Below, piece after piece: positions 1 to 7,960 of a stretch of 64,000 bases of DNA. Source of the DNA: Gammaproteobacteria bacterium (GTDB lineage: Bacteria > Pseudomonadota > Gammaproteobacteria > SZUA-229). Below the pieces are notes generated by a model, which worked only from the letters and a program-made list of their open reading frames with translations, made no database searches and was not told the origin of the DNA. Every line of letters begins with the position of its first letter. Positions within the stretch are counted from its first letter, which is position 1. The position numbers and the translations under genes are program-made. The stretch is from assembly GCA_029287435.1 (NCBI GenBank), contig JARFRD010000022.1, positions 433 to 64,432 on the forward strand. Reading direction: 5' to 3'.

Positions 1-3
1 CGA

Positions 4-1032
4 GTGGTTCCAGTCGATTCGGCGATGTGGTGGATGTTTTTGCTGCGTGCCTACGTGGTAACGACCGGCGACTGGAAATACGCAGGATCGTCGGAGGTGC
101 AGGAATGCATGATGCAGATCCTGGACCTGTATTTAAGGGAGCGCTTCGAAAGTTCGCCGACTCTGCTGGTGCCGGACGGGTCATTCATGATTGACCGGCG
201 CATGGGGGTTTATGGCTACCCGCTGGAAATACAGGCGCTTTACTATGGCATGCTGGAGGCGGCGAAAGAGCTTATTTCGGGTACCAATGGACCACAGACC
301 GTTATTGAAAACCTGCAGGTTCGTGTCGAGGCGCTGCGGGCCTACGTGCGCTTACATTACTGGGTAGACCGCGACCGTTTGAACCAGATACACCGGTTCA
401 AGTCCGAGGAGTTCGGGCTTGGGATCGATAACGTGCTCAATGTTTATCCTGAAAGCATTCCGGGCTGGATGGACGGTTGGCTGGATAACCGCAGTGGTTA
501 CCTGGCGGGAAACCAGGGTCCGGGCCGGATCGATTTCCGTTTTTTTGCGCAGGGCAATCTTCTGTCCATCCTGTTCGGCCTTGCCACCACTGAAGAGTCC
601 CAGGGCATCATGAATCTTTTTGCCGCCCACTGGGGAGAATTGATCGGCGAGATGCCGGTCAAGATCGTGTATCCGGCCGTGCATGGCAAGGAATGGATGC
701 ATGTAACCGGCAGCGATCCCAAGAATGTCCCGTGGTCCTACCACAATGGCGGTAACTGGCCGGTGCTGATCTGGCCGTTTGTCGCCGCGGCCATGCGAAC
801 CGGGCGCGTTGAGCTGGCTGAAAATGCGCTTGAGACAATTACCGAAAGGCTCAAGCGTGATAACTGGCCGGAATACTACGATGGCAGAAAAGGTGGTCTT
901 ATTGGGCGGCGTGCTAATTTCTTTCAAACCTGGTCCGCGACCGGCTTGATCATCGCCCATCAGCTTTATGAGGATCCCGAGTTCCGTGTACTTTTAGACA
1001 GTTGCATGTATTGCGCTGAGGCTGATCAGTGA
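4..1032 (+). CDS. alkaline/neutral invertase (GH100 family), 5' end cut by window edge
   Basis: ORF is open to the window edge. Translated motifs are typical of GH100 invertases (DRRMGVYGYPLEIQALYY, WSYHNGGNWP). Confidence 0.8.
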   Translation: MVPVDSAMWWMFLLRAYVVTTGDWKYAGSSEVQECMMQILDLYLRERFESSPTLLVPDGSFMIDRRMGVYGYPLEIQALYYGMLEAAKELISGTNGPQTVIENLQVRVEALRAYVRLHYWVDRDRLNQIHRFKSEEFGLGIDNVLNVYPESIPGWMDGWLDNRSGYLAGNQGPGRIDFRFFAQGNLLSILFGLATTEESQGIMNLFAAHWGELIGEMPVKIVYPAVHGKEWMHVTGSDPKNVPWSYHNGGNWPVLIWPFVAAAMRTGRVELAENALETITERLKRDNWPEYYDGRKGGLIGRRANFFQTWSATGLIIAHQLYEDPEFRVLLDSCMYCAEADQ

Positions 1033-1070
1033 TCAAGGAGTGATCAAGGGGTCAGAGTACTTGAAAGCTG
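1031..1070 (+). repeat. family-A intergenic repeat (core GGGGTCAGAGTACTTGA with duplicated GATCAAGG head)
   Basis: Reads GATCAAGGAGTGATCAAGGGGTCAGAGTACTTGAAAGCTG. The invertase stop TGA (1030-1032) overlaps the element. Near-identical to the copy at 63861-63888, including the AAAGCTG tail. Confidence 0.85.
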
Positions 1071-1115
1071 CCCCCCTTTTTTCCGGTGAATGCACTGATT
1101 CATTAGCTGCAGCTG

Positions 1116-1541
1116 TCAGACATTGATAATCAGTGTTGCTGCAATAGCAAGCAACACAACCCCCTGAGCTGCATTGATCAACACACTCCACCGATGCAGG
1201 CGTCGAAAGCGCTCGGTAGCTCCCCGTGTGCCCAGTAACTCTTCATCGCGCATGTTATTGATCCTGGGCATCAAGGCCTGGCGTGAGAAGACAAACAACA
1301 TTGCAACCAGGAAGCAGGCCACACTGATTACCGGATGGGTATTGATCGCCAGCAAAGCGGCGACCATTGCGACGACCAGGCCCCACAGGTAATAGTGTGG
1401 AAAGAAGGCCCTGAGAAATCTGCCGGCATTTTCAGCAGGCAGCGTTTTGAACACCGTCGGCGCAACGGTAATCGCGAAGAACAGCATGCTTCCGATCAGG
1501 GCACCGACAAGGCAAATCACTAAAGCACTCACAGTAGTCAT
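1116..1541 (-). CDS. DUF4149-like (TMEM205-like) membrane protein
   Basis: Four hydrophobic helices and an FLRAFFPHYYLWG motif. Start moved to ATG 1541, which has GGAGAG 7 nt upstream; the ORF track starts at 1604. Confidence 0.55.
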   Translation of the reverse strand: MTTVSALVICLVGALIGSMLFFAITVAPTVFKTLPAENAGRFLRAFFPHYYLWGLVVAMVAALLAINTHPVISVACFLVAMLFVFSRQALMPRINNMRDEELLGTRGATERFRRLHRWSVLINAAQGVVLLAIAATLIINV

Positions 1542-1836
1542 AGGTTCTCTCCGTATTCGATTGGCAAGAGTGGTAATCCCAGGAAATTGCATAAATCCAA
1601 ACAAAGACTAGGACAATATATAGACATAAGTATATTTATATCATAATATAGCAGACAAATCATGAACATTATTTGAGAGGATATTGCCTTACAGGGGGTT
1701 CATTCAGTGAATATTGCTTGTAAGTGTATGTTATTTATATAAATAACCCGCGCGATGAACCCGACGAGCCCTACACGGGTATGTTCGACAAATACTGTTC
1801 AGGTTTAACTTTACTTACCATTCAGGAGATATTTTG

Positions 1837-2460
1837 ATGAAGACACTGACGAAAAGCGGCATGCTGGTAGCAGCATTGACGATCGCACCACTGAGCGCAC
1901 ACGCATTTATGTGCGGATCTGGCGGCAAAGGCTATGGCCCGGGGCCGGGCTATATGAAGCATGGCTACCATTCCAATCACGCTGGCTACGGCCATCCACG
2001 CATGATGCCAGGGCGTTACTATGGGGGTCAGCCCGGCTACGGACGCCCGGGCTACGCAAGGCATGGGCATCACGGCATGCAAGCGCAAAATCAGTATGGG
2101 GCCCCATATGGGCAGGCCGGCTACCCCGGTCAGCAAGCGTATCCGGCCGCAACTTATGCAGCAGCGACGAGTGCCTCGCCGGCTGTACAGTCAGATGCGC
2201 AAGGCGACACGGGTACGTCAGTGGCTATAAGTGGCATGCAATTTCAGCCCGCAACCATCAAGGTGAAGTCAGGCGAGAGCGTGACATGGTTCAACAATTC
2301 CAACATGCCGCACACGGTAACCGGTACGAGTGGAAGTGGACTGGCTTCTCAGACCATGGGTAACGGTGGCGCCTTTGCGCATACCTTCAGCGAGCCAGGC
2401 ACCTATACATATGTCTGCGCACTACACCCATCGATGACGGGCACAGTGATTGTCGAGTAG
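1837..2460 (+). CDS. secreted cupredoxin (plastocyanin/pseudoazurin-like) with G/Y/P/H-rich N-terminal region
   Basis: Signal peptide MKTLTKSGMLVAALTIAPLSAHA. C-terminal type-1 copper motif is YVCALHPSMTG (Cys-x2-His-x3-Met). AGGAG lies 8 nt before ATG 1837. Confidence 0.75.
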   Translation: MKTLTKSGMLVAALTIAPLSAHAFMCGSGGKGYGPGPGYMKHGYHSNHAGYGHPRMMPGRYYGGQPGYGRPGYARHGHHGMQAQNQYGAPYGQAGYPGQQAYPAATYAAATSASPAVQSDAQGDTGTSVAISGMQFQPATIKVKSGESVTWFNNSNMPHTVTGTSGSGLASQTMGNGGAFAHTFSEPGTYTYVCALHPSMTGTVIVE

Positions 2461-2470
2461 GTCAATCACA

Positions 2471-2505
2471 ACAGGCCCGGTCTCCCCGGGCCTGTCTTTG
2501 TTTAT
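2471..2505. terminator. bidirectional rho-independent terminator between convergent genes
   Basis: Perfect 10-bp stem ACAGGCCCGG/CCGGGCCTGT with loop TCTC, followed by a T-rich run (CTTTGTTTATCTTTT). Confidence 0.7.
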
Positions 2506-3473
2506 CTTTTAATATCGAGGTTTTCTGCTTCGATAACGATAGTGAGAGCGTTCTCGATCATGTGCCGTGCATGCGATGTCGTGTTGCTCAGGTATGCATG
2601 CAGTTCCGCGTCGCTGGTGTTGCGGCTCTCGCACTCATTACTGTACTGCTCGAAAGCAGCCAGGCTCGAGATAAGCTCGGCCAGGTGTTTCGGGCATTCG
2701 CAGTTTATCACTGGTGACATGCCTGCAAGCCTGGCCAGGGTTTCGTCGTCATAGCGACGCGCCGGGGCCGGCGAAATGAGTTTTGTGATGTCTGCTGCTT
2801 CGCTCGGCGGTTCTTGTCGCCTGGCAGACAAGGCAACACAATATTGCTGCAATGTCCGGGGCTCCACCGGCGCGCGCATGGCCGTGGTTTTGCCTTGAGG
2901 CAAGCGGTTCAGTGTTTCCTCGGATGCAAAGCGGTATATCACGATCGCGTGCACGGCGTTGAGCTTTGTCATCCAGTCGGCGATGCGAATTGCCGTTTCA
3001 GCCTGCAGGCTGGGTTGTTCGATGATGATGACATCGGCATCCTGTGACGTTTTTTCCTGTTCGAAGGCGTTGATGCTCGGATAGGCAGCGACCAGTTCGA
3101 GGCTGCCCAGTTCAGCCTCGGCTGACTGCATCTTGGTGGGCTGGGATTCTCCAACGACGACGACACGTACGGGGCCGCCGTGATCAATACTGATGCTGGC
3201 CTGGCTCGATTCAAGCAGGCGCGCCTCCAGCTCTGCCTGGGTCAGGCTGGCAATCGATCCGATAGCGTCGCCGGCATCGACCAGCTTTTTCATCAACGTC
3301 AGCCTGGCGATATCTTCGCTGGAGTATACACGGCCGCCATTGGGCGTACGCTGCGGCATGACGGTCTCGTAGCGCCGCTCCCAGACACGCAACGTGTCGG
3401 GGGAGATACCGGTCAGTTTGGAAACCTTGCCGATTCGGTATCCGCTCGCCGTGTTGTCACTGGATGCAGTCAT
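2502..3473 (-). CDS. MerR-family transcriptional regulator with long C-terminal Cys-containing domain
   Basis: N-terminal MerR HTH (YRIGKVSKLTGISPDTLRVWERRY). The C-terminal ~250 aa include CECPKH...C. Start placed at MTASS (ATG 3473), with ATG 3494 as an alternative. The 486-aa track ORF extends upstream through the promoter region. Confidence 0.8.
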   Translation of the reverse strand: MTASSDNTASGYRIGKVSKLTGISPDTLRVWERRYETVMPQRTPNGGRVYSSEDIARLTLMKKLVDAGDAIGSIASLTQAELEARLLESSQASISIDHGGPVRVVVVGESQPTKMQSAEAELGSLELVAAYPSINAFEQEKTSQDADVIIIEQPSLQAETAIRIADWMTKLNAVHAIVIYRFASEETLNRLPQGKTTAMRAPVEPRTLQQYCVALSARRQEPPSEAADITKLISPAPARRYDDETLARLAGMSPVINCECPKHLAELISSLAAFEQYSNECESRNTSDAELHAYLSNTTSHARHMIENALTIVIEAENLDIKR

Positions 3474-3532
3474 TTCTCGCTCCGTTCTTATCATAGCCGT
3501 TACATTGAAAATGAATTGTATTATACAAAACC

Positions 3533-3559
3533 TTGACAAATGGGTAAATAAGATATAAT
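3533..3559 (+). promoter_or_regulatory. candidate sigma70-type promoter for the small ORF at 3616
   Basis: TTGACA (3533-3538) and TATAAT (3554-3559) are separated by a short 15-bp spacer. Palindromes TTGTATTATACAA (3516-3528) and ATATCCA-N6-TGGATAT (3569-3588) flank it in the MerR-divergent intergenic region. Confidence 0.35.
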
Positions 3560-3615
3560 GTCTAAGACATATCCAGACAAATGGATATCCACTACCACTA
3601 AATGGAGAAGATATC

Positions 3616-3738
3616 ATGACTAAAGCACAAGCACTTGTACAGCAACAAGAAGACTGCAGAGTTTGTCGTACGCTAATAACTTTCCTTACTTTGCCACTGT
3701 TCGCACTGATGGCAGCGGGTGCCATAATCACTTTTTGA
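3616..3738 (+). CDS. unannotated 40-aa single-pass membrane peptide with CxxC motif
   Basis: Translation is MTKAQALVQQQEDCRVCRTLITFLTLPLFALMAAGAIITF. GGAG lies 8 nt upstream of the ATG. It is below the ORF-track size cutoff. A paralogue lies at 39734-39859. Confidence 0.45.
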   Translation: MTKAQALVQQQEDCRVCRTLITFLTLPLFALMAAGAIITF

Positions 3739-3893
3739 GCTCGCTCTGGATGACAAACCTTATAGCATGGACAAAAACTGGACATTACGTAGTTATTCTT
3801 GACCGAGCACTGCCCTGGATGCTGGGCAGAGGATCGATCGGGCAGCAGGGTTTTTGATAGGTGGTTTGCTTCCAGTAAATCAAGGTCAATAGA

Positions 3894-3928
3894 GGGTACG
3901 GAGGGATTAAACTTTAATCCCTCGTACC
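3894..3928. repeat. family-B-like hairpin variant
   Basis: GGGTACGGAGGGATTAAA / TTTAATCCCTCGTACC forms an imperfect 16-bp stem. It is preceded by an A-type head (AAATCAAGG). Confidence 0.6.
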
Positions 3929-4154
3929 ACTTTAATTCGTCTGTTCGACTGTAGCGCACCATAGATCAGCGAGCGCCATACCCATTCCAGTGGCCCCTTG
4001 CCTGAAATAGTGTAGCCAGCCAGTGGAGAAAAGCACCTATAGCAGCCAGACACCGGCTCAAAACTATAGAAAAGCTGGGAATGTTCCACGTTGCGAACAG
4101 TGCCAGGCCGATGCCGTAGAACAGGAATAGCGAGATCACGGTATGCAGGATGGA

Positions 4155-4194
4155 TATCAAGTACTCTGACCCCTTGATTTCACCCCTTGATTTC
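4155..4194 (-). repeat. family-A intergenic repeat
   Basis: The plus strand reads ATCAAGTACTCTGACCCCTTGATTTCACCCCTTGATTTC. This is the reverse complement of the A core plus a duplicated head. Confidence 0.85.
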
Positions 4195-4198
4195 TTTA

Positions 4199-5011
4199 TT
4201 AAAAAGAGCCGCAATCCGCGGCTTTTTTTTCTTGATCCTGGTTGAGTTCACTCACCATTTGATCATTGATCCAGCGCTGTAAATACCCCACGGCCTGCTG
4301 CGGCGTCTCCTGTTCGCTGAAATACTCCAGCAGCGCTGTGCATATATCCGCAAAGCTGCCTGCCGACAACGCAATCGTCAGTGCCACGCTTTCTGCCTGC
4401 TCCAGGGCGCGATACTGGCTAACCAGATCCTGGCGCCAGATTAACCAGGTTGTTTCATCTTCAGTTTTTTGCGGCGGTGCCTCCTCGTTGCTAAGTGCCC
4501 GCCAGATCTGGAAACTATTATATTGTTGCGGCAACAACTGTACGGCACCATGAAAACGCAGTGTCAGGGTCGCCCATGCTTCAGGATCCAGTTGAGCCAG
4601 TTGCTCAAGTGAAGCGCACTGGCAATCGGCTGCATCGAAGCTGTTGCCGAAGGCCAGCTCGATACGGGCAATCTCGGCGACTTCCGGTAACTGCCTGAAT
4701 GGTTCCTGCTGCTCGACCAGCTTGGCTATGTGCTGACCGAAATAGCGCAGGCTGGGATGGTGTGATGGGTAGCTTTCGATGTACTTCTCCATCAGTGTTT
4801 CAAACAGATCATCCCCGAGGTAACCGTGCAGGCATTCATAGTCGGTGGTGAGCGCTTCCTTCAAGCGCAGCTTATAGGCATTGCCATAAAACGCCATACG
4901 CTGCTCTGCTGAGCGGCGGGGGGTGGATTCAATGCGTTCGACGATGCCGACGACTGTATCATCCAGCAGGTATCCCAGAAAATCCTGCTGCAGTTTACGC
5001 AGTGCGTGCAT
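4199..5011 (-). CDS. bufC: DUF2063-family protein (BufC-type partner of the MNIO enzyme)
   Basis: 270 aa. It overlaps the upstream DUF692 gene by 17 nt. The position and family match the DUF2282-DUF692-DUF2063 operon architecture. Confidence 0.7.
   Translation of the reverse strand: MHALRKLQQDFLGYLLDDTVVGIVERIESTPRRSAEQRMAFYGNAYKLRLKEALTTDYECLHGYLGDDLFETLMEKYIESYPSHHPSLRYFGQHIAKLVEQQEPFRQLPEVAEIARIELAFGNSFDAADCQCASLEQLAQLDPEAWATLTLRFHGAVQLLPQQYNSFQIWRALSNEEAPPQKTEDETTWLIWRQDLVSQYRALEQAESVALTIALSAGSFADICTALLEYFSEQETPQQAVGYLQRWINDQMVSELNQDQEKKAADCGSF
4201..4230. terminator. bidirectional rho-independent terminator overlapping the 3' end of bufC
   Basis: A5-AGCCGC-AATCC-GCGGCT-T8. The hairpin sits inside the last codons of the 4199-5011 ORF. 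Confidence 0.6.
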
Positions 5012-5888
5012 AGTTCAACTCGGTGTGGGTTTGCTGCGGTGAGATATCGCTCAATACCAGGGCGTCCGCCTGCAGTGTCCTGACTGCAATGTCTTCAGCG
5101 ATAGACAGTTCTTGCCGCAGTTGCGGGAACTCAGGAATATCGTCATCACGTTCGATCATCGTGCTTACCGCGCCAAAGCGTTTCAGGGCAGTGGCATAGA
5201 GCGCCCAAACCGGATCACAGACGTCATGATCGTGTGTGTCGATTATCATTTCACCGTTGTAACTATGGCCGGCAAGGTGAAACTGCATCACTCGGTCACT
5301 GTCTATCCCGGCAAGATACGATTCAGGATCAAACTGGTGATTATGCGCACTGACAAAAATATTGTTTATGTCTAACAGTATATGGCAATCAGCACGGCGC
5401 GCGATTTCATTCACAAAATCCCATTCCGTCATCTCAGAATTTTTGTACGTGACATAACTGGAAAGGTTCTCCAGCAGAATACGCTGGCCCAGGTAATCCT
5501 GCACCTGTACGACCCGGTCTACGACATGGGTAATGGTGTCTTCATTGTAGGGTAGCGGCAAAAGGTCGTGGCTATTGGTGTTGTTGAGGCCAGTCCAGCA
5601 CAGGTGATCCGAAATCCACTGCGGCTGTACACGCCGCATGAGTTTTTTCAGGTTTTTCAGGTAGTCCGAATTCAGCGCATCTGTACTGCCGATGGAGAGT
5701 GAAACACCATGCATGACCATCGGGTAATCATTACGTATTTTGTCCAGGTAATCGAGCGGCTTGCCACCGGGCACCATATAGTTTTCAGAGAGTATTTCAA
5801 ACCAGTCTACCGCCGGCTTATGTTCAAGTATGTATGAGTAGTGCTCAGTACGAAGACCGAGACCAAAACCCAGAAAAGGACGCCTCAC
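4995..5888 (-). CDS. bufB: DUF692 / MNIO-family RiPP-modifying enzyme (BufB-type)
   Basis: N-terminus reads GFGLGLRTEHY. TIM-barrel UPF0276-like sequence throughout. GTG start with GGAG upstream. Confidence 0.8.
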   Translation of the reverse strand: MRRPFLGFGLGLRTEHYSYILEHKPAVDWFEILSENYMVPGGKPLDYLDKIRNDYPMVMHGVSLSIGSTDALNSDYLKNLKKLMRRVQPQWISDHLCWTGLNNTNSHDLLPLPYNEDTITHVVDRVVQVQDYLGQRILLENLSSYVTYKNSEMTEWDFVNEIARRADCHILLDINNIFVSAHNHQFDPESYLAGIDSDRVMQFHLAGHSYNGEMIIDTHDHDVCDPVWALYATALKRFGAVSTMIERDDDIPEFPQLRQELSIAEDIAVRTLQADALVLSDISPQQTHTELNYARTA

Positions 5889-6009
5889 TATACTGTTCTC
5901 CTGTCAATATTTGTATGAATATGCAAACGAGCCAGAGTGACGATCCATTGATGCAAATCACAAGCTGGCTCGCCGCATTTCTACAGGTACAAGTCTTGTT
6001 TAGCGACCA

Positions 6010-6273
6010 TTAATCACCGACTTTACCACCAAGGTGATCACAGGCCTTTTCAGATACGGATACAAAACCTTGTCCCTTGCAGGAGCCATGACCTTTACAG
6101 GCATTCTTGGCAGTTTTGCAATCATTGTGACCTTTGCATCTATTTACACCATAACAGTGGACGTTGGGCGCAGCGGCTTTATCGCTGGCGGCAAAAGAAG
6201 GTGTTGCAGTCGTCAACATACCGGCCGCAGCCACTGCCATAGCAATACCCATTGCTCTCTTTGATTTATCCAT
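6010..6273 (-). CDS. bufA: DUF2282-type bufferin precursor (secreted Cys-rich peptide)
   Basis: Sec signal [28 protein letters not shown], then the Cys-rich core [31 protein letters not shown]...ACD. AGGAG precedes ATG 6273. Confidence 0.8.
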   Translation of the reverse strand: MDKSKRAMGIAMAVAAAGMLTTATPSFAASDKAAAPNVHCYGVNRCKGHNDCKTAKNACKGHGSCKGQGFVSVSEKACDHLGGKVGD

Positions 6274-6546
6274 TTGTAGATCTCCTAAATTGAAATTTAT
6301 GTTTTGAGCTAACCAGGCTGGCTGCCGCAATAGCGAGAGTGGCGCCTGCTTATTTAGTAATTAATCTCACTGCTTGAATTCAATGAAACATCATTAATTA
6401 CTGTAGTGAGTGACAGACTGAAATAGGTATAGTTCGAGGAAAACCGAGCGTTAAGCGCGATGTTATTGAATGGTTATCGTTTTGTTACAGAAAAGTGATA
6501 TTTGAAGCAGAACTAGACAAAACTAGCGCGGCCATAGAGAAACATT

Positions 6547-6597
6547 AAAGGGGTCGGAGTGATATAATTTTAATCACTCCGACCTATTTTTTTGGGC
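6547..6597. repeat. family-B hairpin repeat
   Basis: AAAGGGGTCGGAGTGATATAATTTTAATCACTCCGACCTATTTTTTT. The 12-bp stem is GGTCGGAGTGAT/ATCACTCCGACC. Confidence 0.9.
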
Positions 6598-6732
6598 CCC
6601 TTTTGCAGAATAAGATGCTGGATATGCTCAGGCAGGACATATCGGGGAAGACGTGCCATTTAGCACCTCCAGGTGCATAATAGGTTTACGAAGGTTTCTT
6701 CCTGCAGTGCTAGCAGGACAAGGACGCATGCC

Positions 6733-7860
6733 ATGAAAAACACTAACAGTAAAAGCTACCTGATTATCCCCCTCCTGCTATTGTCATTGAGTGCTTCGGT
6801 ATTGTGGGCACAGCAGGCCGGTGAAACAGTCATCCTGCGGGGCGTCGTCGAGGAAGACCTGTATGCCGCCGGGCGCGTCGTTGATATCCAGGCTGATGTG
6901 CGTGGCGATGTGGTGGTGGCGGGGCAGGATGTCAGTATCGATCATTCGGTTTGGGGTGATGTTATCGCCGCTGGTGAAAGCGTGGATATCCGTGCCAATG
7001 TCGCTGATGATGTGCGCGTGGCGGGTCGGCGCGTGACGATTAGTGGTGCCGTGCGTGACCATGTCGCAGCAGCAGGTGAAACTGTCCGTATTAATTCCAG
7101 CGCAACGATTGGCGGCAGGGCATGGTTTGCAGGGCAGCGTATTGATGTGACGGGCGACATTGGCGGCGAGTTGAAAGCGATCGGCGGCCATATTTCGGTG
7201 GCGGGCGAGGTAGGAGGCGATGCCGAACTGGTCGCAGAACACATCGAGATCCTGCCGGGTGCACATATTCGGGGGCGGTTGATCTTCCGCAGTCCGAACA
7301 AACCGCAGCTGTCTGACACGGCACGCATAGACGGCGAGCTGATTGAACGCCCGATGCCATCTGTTGTAGAAACGGGTGCCGAAGACCAGGCAGGCGTCGC
7401 CATTGTCTTTGGCATTAGCCTGATGGTGGCGGGATTAGCGTATTTTCTTGTGTTTCCGCAGTTTTCCGTCGCAGCAGCACGCACCATCGGCAGTGATCCG
7501 TGGAAGAGCCTAGCACTGGGTCTGGCGTTGCTGGTGACTGTGCCCTTTGTCATCTTCCTGTTATTGATTACCGTGGTCGGCCACCTGGTCGCGCTGGTAT
7601 TACTGGCGTCGTATCTGGTGTTCCTGCTGGCCGGATTCCTCAGTGCTGTTTTCTATGTGGCCGATCGCGGCTTGCACCTGATCGGCAAGCGCGAAGCGAT
7701 ATCAACAGGGCTGCGCAGTGCAGGCATCATCGTTACTCTTATCGTGCTGGGGATATTGCAGCTGATTCCCCTGCTCGGCGGCTTAATTAGCTTCCTGCTG
7801 TTGCTGTTTGGACTGGGTGCGTTGAGTCTCAACAGCTGGCGTGACTACAAGGCTGCATGA
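6733..7860 (+). CDS. membrane protein with bactofilin-like beta-helix repeats
   Basis: Signal-like N-terminus. Many degenerate GDVxxAGxxVxI repeats. Four C-terminal hydrophobic helices. Start moved to ATG 6733. Confidence 0.45.
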   Translation: MKNTNSKSYLIIPLLLLSLSASVLWAQQAGETVILRGVVEEDLYAAGRVVDIQADVRGDVVVAGQDVSIDHSVWGDVIAAGESVDIRANVADDVRVAGRRVTISGAVRDHVAAAGETVRINSSATIGGRAWFAGQRIDVTGDIGGELKAIGGHISVAGEVGGDAELVAEHIEILPGAHIRGRLIFRSPNKPQLSDTARIDGELIERPMPSVVETGAEDQAGVAIVFGISLMVAGLAYFLVFPQFSVAAARTIGSDPWKSLALGLALLVTVPFVIFLLLITVVGHLVALVLLASYLVFLLAGFLSAVFYVADRGLHLIGKREAISTGLRSAGIIVTLIVLGILQLIPLLGGLISFLLLLFGLGALSLNSWRDYKAA

Positions 7861-7960
7861 GGGAAAATCTAACGGTTAGAACCGATTGATCAACGGCTGC
7901 ACCCCTTTCATCATTCGATAATGCTATTCGTAGGGTAGAGCAAGAAGGAAGGAGATAATA

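Noticed and set aside
3474-3962. N-terminal 163 codons of the 486-aa track ORF (2502-3962)
   Set aside because: The MerR HTH begins right after Met164. The upstream part is Cys/Ser-rich with no domain. It also runs antisense through the promoter and the small plus-strand ORF at 3616-3738. I treat it as a read-through artefact.
3966-4214. 82-aa ORF as a candidate bufD/DoxX gene downstream of bufC
   Set aside because: Its first ~20 codons are encoded by the terminator and a family-A repeat (GEIKGSEYLI). It has no in-frame ATG beyond the first and no SD. The remainder does not resemble DoxX as I recall it. It could be a remnant, but I cannot support a call.
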